Source: Nitrospirota bacterium (lineage in GTDB: Bacteria > Nitrospirota > UBA9217). From it: 64,000 bases of DNA. Location: NCBI GenBank assembly GCA_963749655.1, contig CAVVOB010000013.1, forward strand, positions 128,001 to 192,000, given 5' to 3'. A program made the translations under genes and the position numbers. Shown here one piece after another: positions 30,082 through 39,825 of this stretch (the stretch's first letter is position 1; every line of letters starts with the position of its first letter). A model generated the notes under the pieces. The model searched no databases, had not been told where the DNA came from, and worked only from the letters and a program-made list of their open reading frames with translations.

Positions 30082-30948
30082 ATGCAGATCGACAAACATG
30101 TTCACGCTTTAAAAATTCCATTTACGATCACGACGCCCCGTGGTTTCCTGGACCGGTTCGTGTACGTCTATCTCATCTACGGCACGAACGGCGTACATCT
30201 CATCGACACGGGCGTGGCTTCTTCGGAGCAGACGATCTTCAATTATCTCAGGGCCACGGACCGCAAGGTGAGCGACATATCGCTGATCATCCAGACCCAC
30301 GCCCACCCCGACCATATCGGCGCTTCACGAACCATCAAGGGCGAGACGGGGTGCGCGGTCGCGGTCCATCCCGCGGAGAGGGCCTGGATCGAGAACGTGC
30401 AGCTCCAAGCCAAAGAGCGGCCGGTGCCGGGCTTCGATACTCTTGTGGCCGGGTCGCTCGTCGTGAACAGACTGCTGGAGGACGGCGAGGTCTTTGATCT
30501 CGGCTGCGGTCTGAAACTGCAGGTGTTCCATACGCCGGGCCACTCGAAAGGATCGATCTCCATACTGCTGCTCGGATACATGTCCCTTTTTTCCGGAGAC
30601 GCTGTACCGGTTCCCGGAGAAATGCCGATCTACGAGGATGTAGCTGTGTCGGTCGCTTCGATCAAGAAGCTGCAGGCAGTGAAGGACCTGCGCTACCTGC
30701 TTTCCTCCTGGGACGACCCGCGCAAGGGAGACGAGGCTTACGAGCGCATGGATGAAGGGCTTGCCTACATTCAGCGTGTGCACGACGCGGTCAGAAAGTG
30801 TTCTGCCGGCGACGCGAAATCGGACCTCCCAAAACTCACGCCCTTGGTGCTGACGGAATTGGGGCTCCCTCCGGAACTCGCAAATCCTCTCGTAGCGCGG
30901 ACCTTCGCCGCCCATCTCGAGGTGCGGGACCGAAAAGATATAATCTAA
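30082..30948 (+). CDS. MBL-fold metallo-hydrolase
   Basis: LIDTG, THAHPDHIG, HTPGHS and FSGD. GGGAG RBS. Confidence 0.9.
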   Translation: MQIDKHVHALKIPFTITTPRGFLDRFVYVYLIYGTNGVHLIDTGVASSEQTIFNYLRATDRKVSDISLIIQTHAHPDHIGASRTIKGETGCAVAVHPAERAWIENVQLQAKERPVPGFDTLVAGSLVVNRLLEDGEVFDLGCGLKLQVFHTPGHSKGSISILLLGYMSLFSGDAVPVPGEMPIYEDVAVSVASIKKLQAVKDLRYLLSSWDDPRKGDEAYERMDEGLAYIQRVHDAVRKCSAGDAKSDLPKLTPLVLTELGLPPELANPLVARTFAAHLEVRDRKDII

Positions 30949-31127
30949 GAACAGTCTTCTCATCCCCATTAATCATGCAGCCCCATCTCTCCCGGGTCGG
31001 ATCGTGATGCCTGCATTGATAACGGCGGACCAGGGTACGCTCAGGAATCCATCAATTTCTATTTACAAGCCGGTCAGTGCCCTGTTATACTCGTAGAAAC
31101 ATGACCACGTCAAGGAGAGCGGCGCGA

Positions 31128-31622
31128 ATGTATTATGAAAATGTGTTCAGTTCGCTCCAGAAGAATAGAATTCGATACGCCGTCGCCGGCGGCGTCGCTC
31201 TTGTGCTTCATGGGGTGGTCAGGTTCACGGCTGACCTTGATCTGATCGTGGACCTTCAGCCGGACAATCTCAGACGGTTTGTCCACGCTCTGACGGAACT
31301 GGGTTTTCTGCCGAGAAATCCGGTGAAAGCGGAGCTAATTCTTGACCCCGCGATCCGGGATGGATGGAAGCGGGAAAAGGGGATGGAGGTTTTTTCATTC
31401 GTTGATCCGAAACAACCGATGTCCCTCATCGATGTGTTTATCGAGGAAAAGATCCCCTTTCAAGAGGTCATGCAGGAGCTCGTACAAATGGAAGCAAAGG
31501 GAATTTCGATCCCGGTTGTTTCTCTTCGGCATTTGAAGAGGCTCAAGCAAGCTGCGGGCAGGCCGCAGGACCTTGCGGATATAGAGGCGATCGAGGCAAT
31601 GGAAAAACCGGTGGAGGAGTGA
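31128..31622 (+). CDS. Nucleotidyltransferase (DUF6036-like)
   Basis: AVAGGVALVLHG..RFTADLDL and LK..AGRPQDLADI. AGGAG RBS. Confidence 0.82.
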   Translation: MYYENVFSSLQKNRIRYAVAGGVALVLHGVVRFTADLDLIVDLQPDNLRRFVHALTELGFLPRNPVKAELILDPAIRDGWKREKGMEVFSFVDPKQPMSLIDVFIEEKIPFQEVMQELVQMEAKGISIPVVSLRHLKRLKQAAGRPQDLADIEAIEAMEKPVEE

Positions 31623-31801
31623 TGGATAAGCGACTGAAGAAAAGCTCCTTTGTGTTTCGTCCATCGCCGGAGTCATTGAAGCAGTTCAAGGATGCCCCCC
31701 CTGAAGCGAAGCTGAATTGGCTTGAAGAGGCAAATCTGTTCGTGTACGATTTTGTGCCGCCGGATAAATTGAAGCGATGGAAAAGGATTACGGGACGGTG
31801 A
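31619..31801 (+). CDS. Small partner protein of the nucleotidyltransferase
   Basis: GTGA overlap with the upstream stop and a GGAGGAG RBS. PEAKLNWLEEAN helix. Confidence 0.68.
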   Translation: MMDKRLKKSSFVFRPSPESLKQFKDAPPEAKLNWLEEANLFVYDFVPPDKLKRWKRITGR

Positions 31802-31972
31802 AGACCGGAAATTCAGCGGGCACGTTCATCCCTGGAGAGGTTGCGGTTTGACTTCGGGAAAAAACGGGTTTCTCCGAATCGTAGCGAATAAACAACGACG
31901 CAACGGATTCCACTCTTATCATCCCCTATTTCCCCCGAAGAAGTAATTGCATCCCCAGCGGTATAATCAAGC

Positions 31973-32305
31973 ATGAAGAAAAAAGTGAACGAGCCGCCAG
32001 TCCCTCATGAGATGCACGATACGATCCGTCACGGGCTTGTGACCGCCCTGACAGAGGGGCCGCTTTCTGCAAAGGAGCTGTCCGGAGCGATCGGCATTCC
32101 CGAGAAGGAAGTTTATGACCATCTCGAGCACATCCGGAAATCGATCGTATCAACGGGACGCCATCTGGTCGTAACGCCGGCGGAGTGCAGGAAATGCGGG
32201 TTCGAATTTTCGAAGCGGGAGCGGCTGAAAAAGCCGAGCAAGTGTCCGGTCTGCAGGGGAGAGTCGATCCACGACCCGCTGTTTGCGATCGAGGAAGATC
32301 CTTGA
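31973..32305 (+). CDS. HTH transcriptional regulator with C-terminal Zn ribbon
   Basis: SAKELS..IGIPEKEVYDHLEHI, CRKCGF and PSKCPVC. Confidence 0.85.
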   Translation: MKKKVNEPPVPHEMHDTIRHGLVTALTEGPLSAKELSGAIGIPEKEVYDHLEHIRKSIVSTGRHLVVTPAECRKCGFEFSKRERLKKPSKCPVCRGESIHDPLFAIEEDP

Positions 32306-32459
32306 ACTAAATAACGGCGGTCGGAACCACGGATGAACACGGTAAAGAACTAGAATCAATACCTTATCCGGGCAAGAGATTTATCCGCGCAGTACTTCCT
32401 GTTCAGTCCTCAGGCTCTCTATGCGACCTTGGCGCCTTCACTCTTCGCGGTGAAGGATC

Positions 32460-33041
32460 TCATTTCTTCCCATGAAACAGCTCGCTCCCCGCGCCGGGAT
32501 AGATCTTCCGCTCGGCCTTCGGCGTCGGATTCTTCACCGCAGGCCAACGATCGAATCGGGGCTCCGGTCCTTCCTGCGCTGCCGGGCCCGGCTGCCGGTC
32601 GGCCATGAGCGGCTCGCTCCGCACATCCGTTCCTGTCACGTGGTAGCTGAACTCGATGGGGATGCCGTTCGGGTCGTAGGAATAGATCGAATGGATGAAC
32701 CCATGGTCTATGACTTCCGAAACCCAGATTCCTGCGGCAGCGATGCGGTCCTTCAACTCCCAGAGGTCGTCATCGGTCTCGACACCGAGCGACACATGGT
32801 CGAAAATGAAGGGTCCACTCGTCGGCCTTCCGTGCTCTTTTTCCTCGACAGGCGTGATGCCTGGCCATTCGAAGAACGTGATCATGTCATGCCCGGAAAC
32901 CTCGAAAAAGTATTGACGGTAGCCCGGCTTGCCCAGTCCCGCGATGAGCCGGAAACCGAGCAGGTCCCTCCAGAACCGGATGGTTTCTTCCATGTTTCCT
33001 GTTGTCAGCGCAAGATGATTAATTCCGTTGTAGGTCGCCAT
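32460..33041 (-). CDS. VOC/glyoxalase family protein
   Basis: GINHLAL, FWRDLLG, DHVSL and SIYSYDPNGIPIEF. Confidence 0.9.
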   Translation of the reverse strand: MATYNGINHLALTTGNMEETIRFWRDLLGFRLIAGLGKPGYRQYFFEVSGHDMITFFEWPGITPVEEKEHGRPTSGPFIFDHVSLGVETDDDLWELKDRIAAAGIWVSEVIDHGFIHSIYSYDPNGIPIEFSYHVTGTDVRSEPLMADRQPGPAAQEGPEPRFDRWPAVKNPTPKAERKIYPGAGSELFHGKK

Positions 33042-33199
33042 TTCATGCCCCCGCTATTTTGTTCACGTAAGTCTACCTGAGCGGAACGGAATTTTGAAGC
33101 ATTTTTTTAATTTGCATCAGGAGGGATAAACAGGAAAAGACAGAACATTGCAGCCGAACGATGAGCACTTAAGAATGATTTATTTGCTACAATGTAAGC

Positions 33200-33514
33200 A
33201 TGGACAACACCATTTTGCGCGACATCATCGAAGTGGAAAAGGAAATCCAGCAATCCGTTGACAAAGCAAAAGATATGACCCGTGAATGGCTTGCGGCCAG
33301 GAAGCAGGAGATCAATGACAACCGTGCGCGCGAGGAGCAGGAGCTCGCAGCGTCCTTTCAAAAGTCCCGTGAGAACCTCGTCCGGGAAGCGGAAACCAGG
33401 TCCTCCGAGCTGCTGCGCCGTGCAGAGCAGAAAAATGCCCGCATGGCACAAGTGCGAAATGACACATTGGCGGCCATAGTCTCGAAGGAAATCCGCCGGA
33501 TACTGCCGGAATAA
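33200..33514 (+). CDS. A/V-type ATPase peripheral stalk subunit H (G)
   Basis: Charged coiled-coil of 104 aa, first in the operon and 3 nt before subunit I. Confidence 0.75.
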   Translation: MDNTILRDIIEVEKEIQQSVDKAKDMTREWLAARKQEINDNRAREEQELAASFQKSRENLVREAETRSSELLRRAEQKNARMAQVRNDTLAAIVSKEIRRILPE

Positions 33515-33517
33515 ACC

Positions 33518-35395
33518 ATGATCGTCCGGATGGCAAAGGTCGAGATCGTCGGGGCGAAAGAGCTGCTCCAGCCCGCGCTTGCGCTGCTTCGCGAGCTCGG
33601 CATCTTCCAGGTCGAACCAGCGATGGTCGGTTTTCTTGCGGAAGGCCAGGAAGACGATGTACGCGCCTTCATGCTCGACGAGAAGACGATCCTCGAGCGT
33701 GTTTTTCTCAATGAACTGCGCATCAAGGTCGCCGATCTCCTGTCGCACCTGCCGAAGCTGCAGTTCAGAAGCAGTTACCTCGACCCCCGTCCCGTCATCG
33801 ATACCGTGGCAACGGCCGTTGAAAAGCACGGCGCAACGGTCAAAGAACAGAACGAACGGAAAGAATCGCTCCAGAAGGAGCGCGGCGAGCTGGAGCGGTA
33901 CGCTCTGTTCCTCGGCGCTCTGGCCCCGCTCGTCGGGAGCGCCAAGGAAACGCCGGACCTCGAATTCATCGGTTTGACCATCCAGGAGCCCGATATGGTG
34001 CCCCGTCTGAAGGACGCGATCTCCCGCATAACGGACTGGAAGTTCGATCTGGCCACCGAACCGGCCCGGGACGGCACGCTGGTGGGGCTTATCACGGTGG
34101 AAAAGGACCGGGCCGACCGGGTGAAAAAGACCTTGAGCGACGAGCAGGTGCCGGAGTTGATATTCCCGCCGTCGTTCACCGGCCTCAGCTTTCAGGAAAA
34201 GATCTCCTCTGTACGGCGCAGAATAGGCGTGGTCAGCCTGCAGATCGAGGGGATCGATGCGTCGCTGGCGCAGTTCACGCTGCGCTGGGGCCCCATCTAC
34301 CGGAGCGTGCGGGAGTGGATCGATGACCGGTTGTCGCTTCTTTCGACGACCGCCGCGGCCTTCGAAACGCGCATGTGCTTCTTCGTGAACGGCTGGATGC
34401 CCGCCGGCGACGTGGCCGGGGTCAGGAAGGCGCTGGTGCAGCAGTTCGGGGGCAGCGTTGTCCTGGAGGAAAAAGAGCTGCGCGAAGAGGACCTTGACCG
34501 GGTCCCGATCATCCTGAAGAACCCGCCCTACTTCAAACCGTTCGAGATATTCACGAGTCTCCTGCCGCTGCCTGCGTACAGCTCCTACGATCCGACGCCG
34601 TTTATCGGCATTTTTTTTCCGGTGTTCTTCGGCATGATACTGGGCGACGCCGGATACGGCCTGCTCCTGCTCGGCCTCTCCTTCTTTCTGGCCCGAAAGT
34701 TCAGGAGCCGGAAAATGGTGCGAAGCGGCGCGAAGATCCTGCTGGTCGCATCGCTCTACTCGACCTTCTTCGGCGTGCTCTTCGGAGAGTTCTTCGGCGA
34801 CCTGCCTGAGCGGTTTTTCCATCTCCAGCCCCTCTGCATCGAGCGGCGCACCGCGGTCGTGCCGATGATCTTTTTCACGCTTGCGGTGGGAACGGCCCAT
34901 GTCCTTCTGGGGCTTCTCTTCGGCGTGATCACGGGCTTCCGGAAGAAGGAACGAAAAGAGGCCCTGTACCGGCTTCTGAGCATCATCATGATCCTTGCCC
35001 TGATCGTCGTCCTGGCCTCGTTCTTCGAGGTCATCCCGTCGCTCCTTGCGCGGCCGGTCATCATTGCAATCCTCTTTATGACCCCGCTTCTGTTCTTTAC
35101 CGGCGGCCTGCTGGCGCCGCTCGAGCTTCTGAAGAGCATCGGCAACATCATCTCCTATGTCCGCATCATGGCCATCGGTCTTACGTCGGTGCTGCTTGCT
35201 TTCGTGGCGAACAATCTCGGCGGACTGACCGGCGACGTAGTGACCGGTGTCGTCGTGGCCGGCCTTATCCATCTGCTCAATATCATTCTCGGCGTGTTCT
35301 CGCCGACGATCCACTCGCTGAGGCTCCATTACGTTGAGTTTTTCAGCAAGTTCATGGAACACGGGGGGAGAAGGTTCGAGCCGCTGCGGCGGTAA
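33518..35395 (+). CDS. atpI: A/V-type ATPase subunit I (a)
   Basis: YDPTP, FFGMILGDAGYG, NIISYVRI and HSLRLHYVEFFSKF. Confidence 0.95.
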   Translation: MIVRMAKVEIVGAKELLQPALALLRELGIFQVEPAMVGFLAEGQEDDVRAFMLDEKTILERVFLNELRIKVADLLSHLPKLQFRSSYLDPRPVIDTVATAVEKHGATVKEQNERKESLQKERGELERYALFLGALAPLVGSAKETPDLEFIGLTIQEPDMVPRLKDAISRITDWKFDLATEPARDGTLVGLITVEKDRADRVKKTLSDEQVPELIFPPSFTGLSFQEKISSVRRRIGVVSLQIEGIDASLAQFTLRWGPIYRSVREWIDDRLSLLSTTAAAFETRMCFFVNGWMPAGDVAGVRKALVQQFGGSVVLEEKELREEDLDRVPIILKNPPYFKPFEIFTSLLPLPAYSSYDPTPFIGIFFPVFFGMILGDAGYGLLLLGLSFFLARKFRSRKMVRSGAKILLVASLYSTFFGVLFGEFFGDLPERFFHLQPLCIERRTAVVPMIFFTLAVGTAHVLLGLLFGVITGFRKKERKEALYRLLSIIMILALIVVLASFFEVIPSLLARPVIIAILFMTPLLFFTGGLLAPLELLKSIGNIISYVRIMAIGLTSVLLAFVANNLGGLTGDVVTGVVVAGLIHLLNIILGVFSPTIHSLRLHYVEFFSKFMEHGGRRFEPLRR

Positions 35396-35648
35396 AGAAA
35401 CAGAGATAGATTGCGGCACATCATCGCTGGGTTCGGGTCGATGTAGTCGTAATAGTCGTCATTCCCGCTTGCCGGGAATCGTAGTGGTTTTTTCACTGAG
35501 GGAAATCCGATTCCGGACAAGCCCCGACTGGTCGGGGCAGGCCGGCGGCGCCCCGCATCAATATTTTTCACAAGGAGCGGGGAATGACGTCAAAATATAA
35601 CAACTACGATCATTTTAAAGATTCTTGCATCAGGTAAAGGAGGCTCCT

Positions 35649-35873
35649 ATGAGCATGGAAAAAGTCCTTATTGCGTTGTGCGCAGCCCTGGCGATCGGCC
35701 TCACGGCCCTTGCCACGGCCTGGGCACAGTCCAAGATCGGGGCGGCCGGCGCCGGCGCCCTGGCCGAGAAACCCGAGCTGACCGGAACGATCGTGATCCT
35801 CGTCGCCATTCCCGAGACCATGGTGATCCTCGGCTTCGTCGTGTCGACGATGATCCTCTTCACGGTAAAGTAG
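35649..35873 (+). CDS. atpK: A/V-type ATPase subunit K (c), single hairpin
   Basis: AAGGAGG RBS. AWAQSKIGAAGAGALAEKPE...AIPETMVILG. Confidence 0.93.
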   Translation: MSMEKVLIALCAALAIGLTALATAWAQSKIGAAGAGALAEKPELTGTIVILVAIPETMVILGFVVSTMILFTVK

Positions 35874-36467
35874 ATGAGCTCGCGGGAACTGATCGAATCG
35901 CTCCGCTGCGCCGGCGAGGAGAAGATCCGCGCGATCAGGCAGGAGGCGGAACAGGAAACGGAAACTGTGCGAACGGACGCCGCCCGGAAGATCGAGGAGC
36001 TGCGGAAGAAGTATGCCGGCCGGCTTGCCGCCGCAGCGGACGCCGAGACGGGGAAGGCTCTGGCCGACGCGGAAAAACAGCTGCGCAAGCTTCGCCTGTC
36101 CACGGAGCAGGTAATTGCCGAACGCCTGCTCGCCGTCGCCCGGTCCGCGCTGCAGGAGCTGCGGGACGAACACTATCCCGCTGTTTTTGAAAAGCTGGCG
36201 CTGGAGCTGCCTGTTCTCGGCTGGAAGCTTGTGCGGGTGAACCCCCTTGACGTGAAGCTCGCGCGAACCTATTTTCCCGAAGCGGAGATCGTCCCCCTCG
36301 AGACGATTGCGGGAGGGATGGACGCCGCGCTTGCCGACGGGTCGCTCCGGGTCGTCAATACCTTCGAAAAGAGGCTGGAGCGGTCCTGGAGCGAACTGCT
36401 GCCGCTGCTGCTCAGAAACGTTTCAAAGGAGGCCTCCGATGGAGCTGCTGCTCCGGAATCCCGCTGA
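35874..36467 (+). CDS. atpE: A/V-type ATPase subunit E
   Basis: Coiled-coil N-terminus, VNPLD and GG..VVNTFEKRL. Confidence 0.88.
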   Translation: MSSRELIESLRCAGEEKIRAIRQEAEQETETVRTDAARKIEELRKKYAGRLAAAADAETGKALADAEKQLRKLRLSTEQVIAERLLAVARSALQELRDEHYPAVFEKLALELPVLGWKLVRVNPLDVKLARTYFPEAEIVPLETIAGGMDAALADGSLRVVNTFEKRLERSWSELLPLLLRNVSKEASDGAAAPESR

Positions 36468-37407
36468 TCCCGGCTATCCTGTCGAGTACCTGCTGTCGAG
36501 GATCAGGGGACGGCGGTCGAAACTGGTGCGGGACTGGAAACCGCTTCTTTACGATGCGGGCCTTTTCGACGCAACGCCGTCGTCGAGAAGCAACGGATTG
36601 CTGAAGGCCGGATCTCCGGAAGGCGTCTGGAGAAATCTGCTGCAGGAATACGGCTGGGTCTATGGTCAGATGAACAGGGAGCTCCGCGAAGTGTTCGGCC
36701 CCTTCTTCCTCCACTCGGAACTCAGGACCATCTTCATCTGTCTTCGCCATCTCGTGGAGAAGAAGGCCGGCGCGGTCGAAGAGCTTCTGAACTGGAGCCT
36801 GCTCTCCGGCGAGATGAAAGACGTGCTCCTGTCGAGCGCTGATGTGCCGGCGGCAGTGAAAGGCGTGGAGCGCCTGTTCCGCTCTCTGTCAAGCCGATTC
36901 GCCGGCCTCTCCGATGTCCTGGAGACGGATGGCCTGCGCGGCGCGGAGCAGCGGCTGACGGAAACCTATCTTGAGGTGACGGTAAGAACGGCACGCCATC
37001 CCATCATGAAGCGTTTCTTTTCCAGAGTCGTCGATGCGCGAAACATCATGAGCCTCTATAAGTATCTTCGTCTCGATCTGAAGACGGCCCCGTCGTTTCT
37101 GCCGGGCGGCAGCATTGCCGAAGCGAGAATGAAGGACCTGGTGGCGAAGGATGATATCCTCGCCGTCATACCGCTGGTCCGCGAGCTCACCGGTATGACG
37201 ATCGAGCGGCCCGATCCCACGGCCGTGGAGCTTGCCCTGTACCGGGGCATGACGAAATGGCTGAAAAAGGAGGGGCGGGAGCCCTTCGGCGCAGGTCCCA
37301 TCCTTGATTATTTGTGGCGCTGCTCCCTGGAGGCGATGAATCTGAGCGTTCTCCATCAGGCGCGGGGAGTCGAGCGGGAGGCCGTGGCAGCGGAGCTGGT
37401 GCAGTGA
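36439..37407 (+). CDS. atpC: A/V-type ATPase subunit C (d)
   Basis: AAGGAGG RBS, YLLSRIRGRRSKL, position in the operon and ILDYLW...EAMNL. Confidence 0.82.
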   Translation: MELLLRNPADPGYPVEYLLSRIRGRRSKLVRDWKPLLYDAGLFDATPSSRSNGLLKAGSPEGVWRNLLQEYGWVYGQMNRELREVFGPFFLHSELRTIFICLRHLVEKKAGAVEELLNWSLLSGEMKDVLLSSADVPAAVKGVERLFRSLSSRFAGLSDVLETDGLRGAEQRLTETYLEVTVRTARHPIMKRFFSRVVDARNIMSLYKYLRLDLKTAPSFLPGGSIAEARMKDLVAKDDILAVIPLVRELTGMTIERPDPTAVELALYRGMTKWLKKEGREPFGAGPILDYLWRCSLEAMNLSVLHQARGVEREAVAAELVQ

Positions 37408-37435
37408 GTGTCGATCCCGTCCGCCTGCACATTTT

Positions 37436-37508
37436 GTCATTCCGGACCTGATCCGGAATCCAGTCTTCTTCAGGATAGGTTCTGGATTCCTGCTTTCGCA
37501 GGAATGAC
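37436..37508. repeat. GTCATTCC-type palindromic repeat, copy 3
   Basis: gtcattccggacctgatccggaatccag...ctggattcctgctttcgcaggaatgac. Confidence 0.82.
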
Positions 37509-37581
37509 CGATAGAGTGCTTATGGATGTTGTATAGGTTACCATTGCTAACGATGGGTCGCGTTCCAGCGGGAAATGAACT

Positions 37582-37902
37582 GTGAAGAAGATCGCTTTCA
37601 TAACGCCGCCCGATGCAGGATACGGCTTCAACCTGACCGGTGTCCCACAGTACGTGACCGATGCCGGAGAGCTGGAAGCAACTCTCAAAAAGGCCATGGC
37701 GGACCAGAACGCCGGCCTCGTCATCGTCGATGAGAGGCTCATCGGGGCAATGCCTGAGGAACGGCTTCGCGAGCTCGATCACGGCTGGGGAGGGGTCTTC
37801 CTCATCCTGCCCTCGCCGGAGAAGCCGCCCGAGGAAGTCGAAGACTACGCGGCACGGCTCATCCGCCGGGCGATCGGGTATCATGTGAGGTTGAAATTGT
37901 GA
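37582..37902 (+). CDS. atpF: A/V-type ATPase subunit F
   Basis: GFNLTGV, GLVIVDE and LIRRAIG. Confidence 0.9.
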   Translation: MKKIAFITPPDAGYGFNLTGVPQYVTDAGELEATLKKAMADQNAGLVIVDERLIGAMPEERLRELDHGWGGVFLILPSPEKPPEEVEDYAARLIRRAIGYHVRLKL

Positions 37903-37928
37903 GGAAACTGAAAAGAGGGAAAGAATTT

Positions 37929-38024
37929 TGCGCGCAAAGCCGCAAAGACGCAAAGAAAGGCGAAGTCCTCGGGTTTAAAACCAGTATTTAAGATTCCCTT
38001 TGCGCCTTTGCGGCTTTGCGCGAG
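37929..38024. repeat. Palindromic repeat (CGCAAAG tandem arms)
   Basis: cgcgcaaagccgcaaagacgcaaag ... ctttgcgcctttgcggctttgcgcg. One arm also occurs at 16889-16916. Confidence 0.8.
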
Positions 38025-38111
38025 ACGACTTTGCTTCTGCCTCGTTGTCCCGGCTTTTCCGGGTCAGGATGAAGCATTCGTTAGTTTAGGATCGAATCAA
38101 AGGAGTCAACG

Positions 38112-39740
38112 ATGTCCGGAAGGATCCTCGGCATATCAGGTCCCACGGTCAGCTCGGACCTCAAAGGGCTCAAGCTCTATGAGCGGGTCTACGTGGGGCG
38201 CGCCATGCTTACCGGTGAGGTGGTGCGCATCGAGCGGGACAAAACGGTGATCCAGGTCTACGAAGATACGCGCGGACTCGCCGGGGGCGAGCCCGTGAAG
38301 GGCGTGGGCATGCCGCTGACGGTGCGGCTCGGTCCCGGTCTTCTCGGAGGTATGTTCGACGGCCTTCAGCGGCCCCTGGAGCGGCTGCGGGAGGAGATGG
38401 GGCACTTCATCACCGGCGGCAGGGAGATGTACGCCCTGGATTACACGAAGCGGTGGAAGTTCACTCCGCTGCGCAAGGCCGGTGACGAGGTTCGCCCCGG
38501 CGAGATCATCGGATCGGTGCAGGAAGGCCCGTTCGAGCACTTCATCATGGCGAGCCCGACGGCCGGAGGCACGATCGTGCGGATCACCAGCGGCGGCATC
38601 AGCCTCGATGAGCCGCTCGGCGATTACCAGGGCGAGCGGGAGATCCCGGGATGCCACGAATGGCCGGTGCGCATCGCCCGCCCCTTTCGCAGGAAATTCG
38701 CTCCCGCTTCCCCGCTGATCACGGGTCAGCGGAGCATCGACTTTCTCTTCCCCCTTGCGCGGGGCGGGACCGCGATCTTCCCCGGCGGGTTCGGCACGGG
38801 CAAGACCATTCTCGAGCAGTCGATTGCAAAGTTCGCCGACGTGGATATCGTGGTGTACGTCGGGTGCGGCGAGCGGGGCAACGAGATGGCGGACATGATC
38901 GCCGAGTTCGGCGAGCTGAAGGACCCCTGGACCAAGCGGCCCCTGCGGGACCGGACCGTTCTCGTGGTCAATACGTCGAACATGCCCGTGGCTGCGCGCG
39001 AAGCGTCGATCTATACGGCCGTCACCATGGCCGAGTATTACCGGGACATGGGCTACCATGTCCTGTTCCTGGCCGACAGCCTCTCCCGCTGGGCCGAGGC
39101 GCTCCGCGAGATTTCGTCGTCCCTCGAGGAAATGCCGGGAGAGGAAGGGTATCCGACCTATCTCGCTTCGCGGCTGTCCGGGTTCCTGGAGCGTGCCGGC
39201 GTGGTCGAGACCCTGGGTGGAAAGATCGGGTCGCTCAGCATGATCCTTTCGGTCTCGCCGCCGGGCGGGGATTTTACCGAGCCGGTAACGCAGGCCTGCC
39301 TCAGGACCACAGGCGCCTTCCTGATGCTCGACACGTCGCTCGCCCACCGGAGGCACTACCCCGCGATCAACTGGTTCCAGAGCTATTCTCTCTATGCCGA
39401 TGAAGTGGCGGGGCATTACCGCGATAAGGTGTCGCCGGAGTGGAACGATCTCGTTCGGCGGTGCAAGCAGGTCCTGCAGCAGGAGGAGACGCTGCGCGAG
39501 ATTGCCGAGATCGTTGGGGTCGAAGGACTGCAGGACGCCGATCGTCTGCTGATGCGCACGGCCGAAATGATCCGCACAAGCTTCCTGCAGCAGAACGCTT
39601 ACAGCGACGACGCCTTCTCGCCGCCCGACAAGACCATGGCGATCATGAAGCGCATCCTTGATTTCCTCGACGCCGCGACGGCCAGGTTGAAGGCAGGAGC
39701 TTCGCTGGAAGAGGCGATGAAAGTAACCAGTAAGGAGTGA
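38112..39740 (+). CDS. atpA: A/V-type ATPase catalytic subunit A
   Basis: PGGFGTGKT, GCGERGNEM, NTSNMPVAAREAS, DSLSRWAEALREIS and EEGYPTYL. Confidence 0.96.
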   Translation: MSGRILGISGPTVSSDLKGLKLYERVYVGRAMLTGEVVRIERDKTVIQVYEDTRGLAGGEPVKGVGMPLTVRLGPGLLGGMFDGLQRPLERLREEMGHFITGGREMYALDYTKRWKFTPLRKAGDEVRPGEIIGSVQEGPFEHFIMASPTAGGTIVRITSGGISLDEPLGDYQGEREIPGCHEWPVRIARPFRRKFAPASPLITGQRSIDFLFPLARGGTAIFPGGFGTGKTILEQSIAKFADVDIVVYVGCGERGNEMADMIAEFGELKDPWTKRPLRDRTVLVVNTSNMPVAAREASIYTAVTMAEYYRDMGYHVLFLADSLSRWAEALREISSSLEEMPGEEGYPTYLASRLSGFLERAGVVETLGGKIGSLSMILSVSPPGGDFTEPVTQACLRTTGAFLMLDTSLAHRRHYPAINWFQSYSLYADEVAGHYRDKVSPEWNDLVRRCKQVLQQEETLREIAEIVGVEGLQDADRLLMRTAEMIRTSFLQQNAYSDDAFSPPDKTMAIMKRILDFLDAATARLKAGASLEEAMKVTSKE

Positions 39741-39825
39741 GGTGTAAGGAGTAGGAGGTGGGCGGAGATACGAGAAGATTTTTTGTCTCCTTCCTTTTCA
39801 CTCCTGACTATTCACCTGAATCGAT

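Noticed and set aside
38112-39740. Intein in ATPase subunit A
   Set aside because: The protein is only 542 aa and continuous through the Walker A region.
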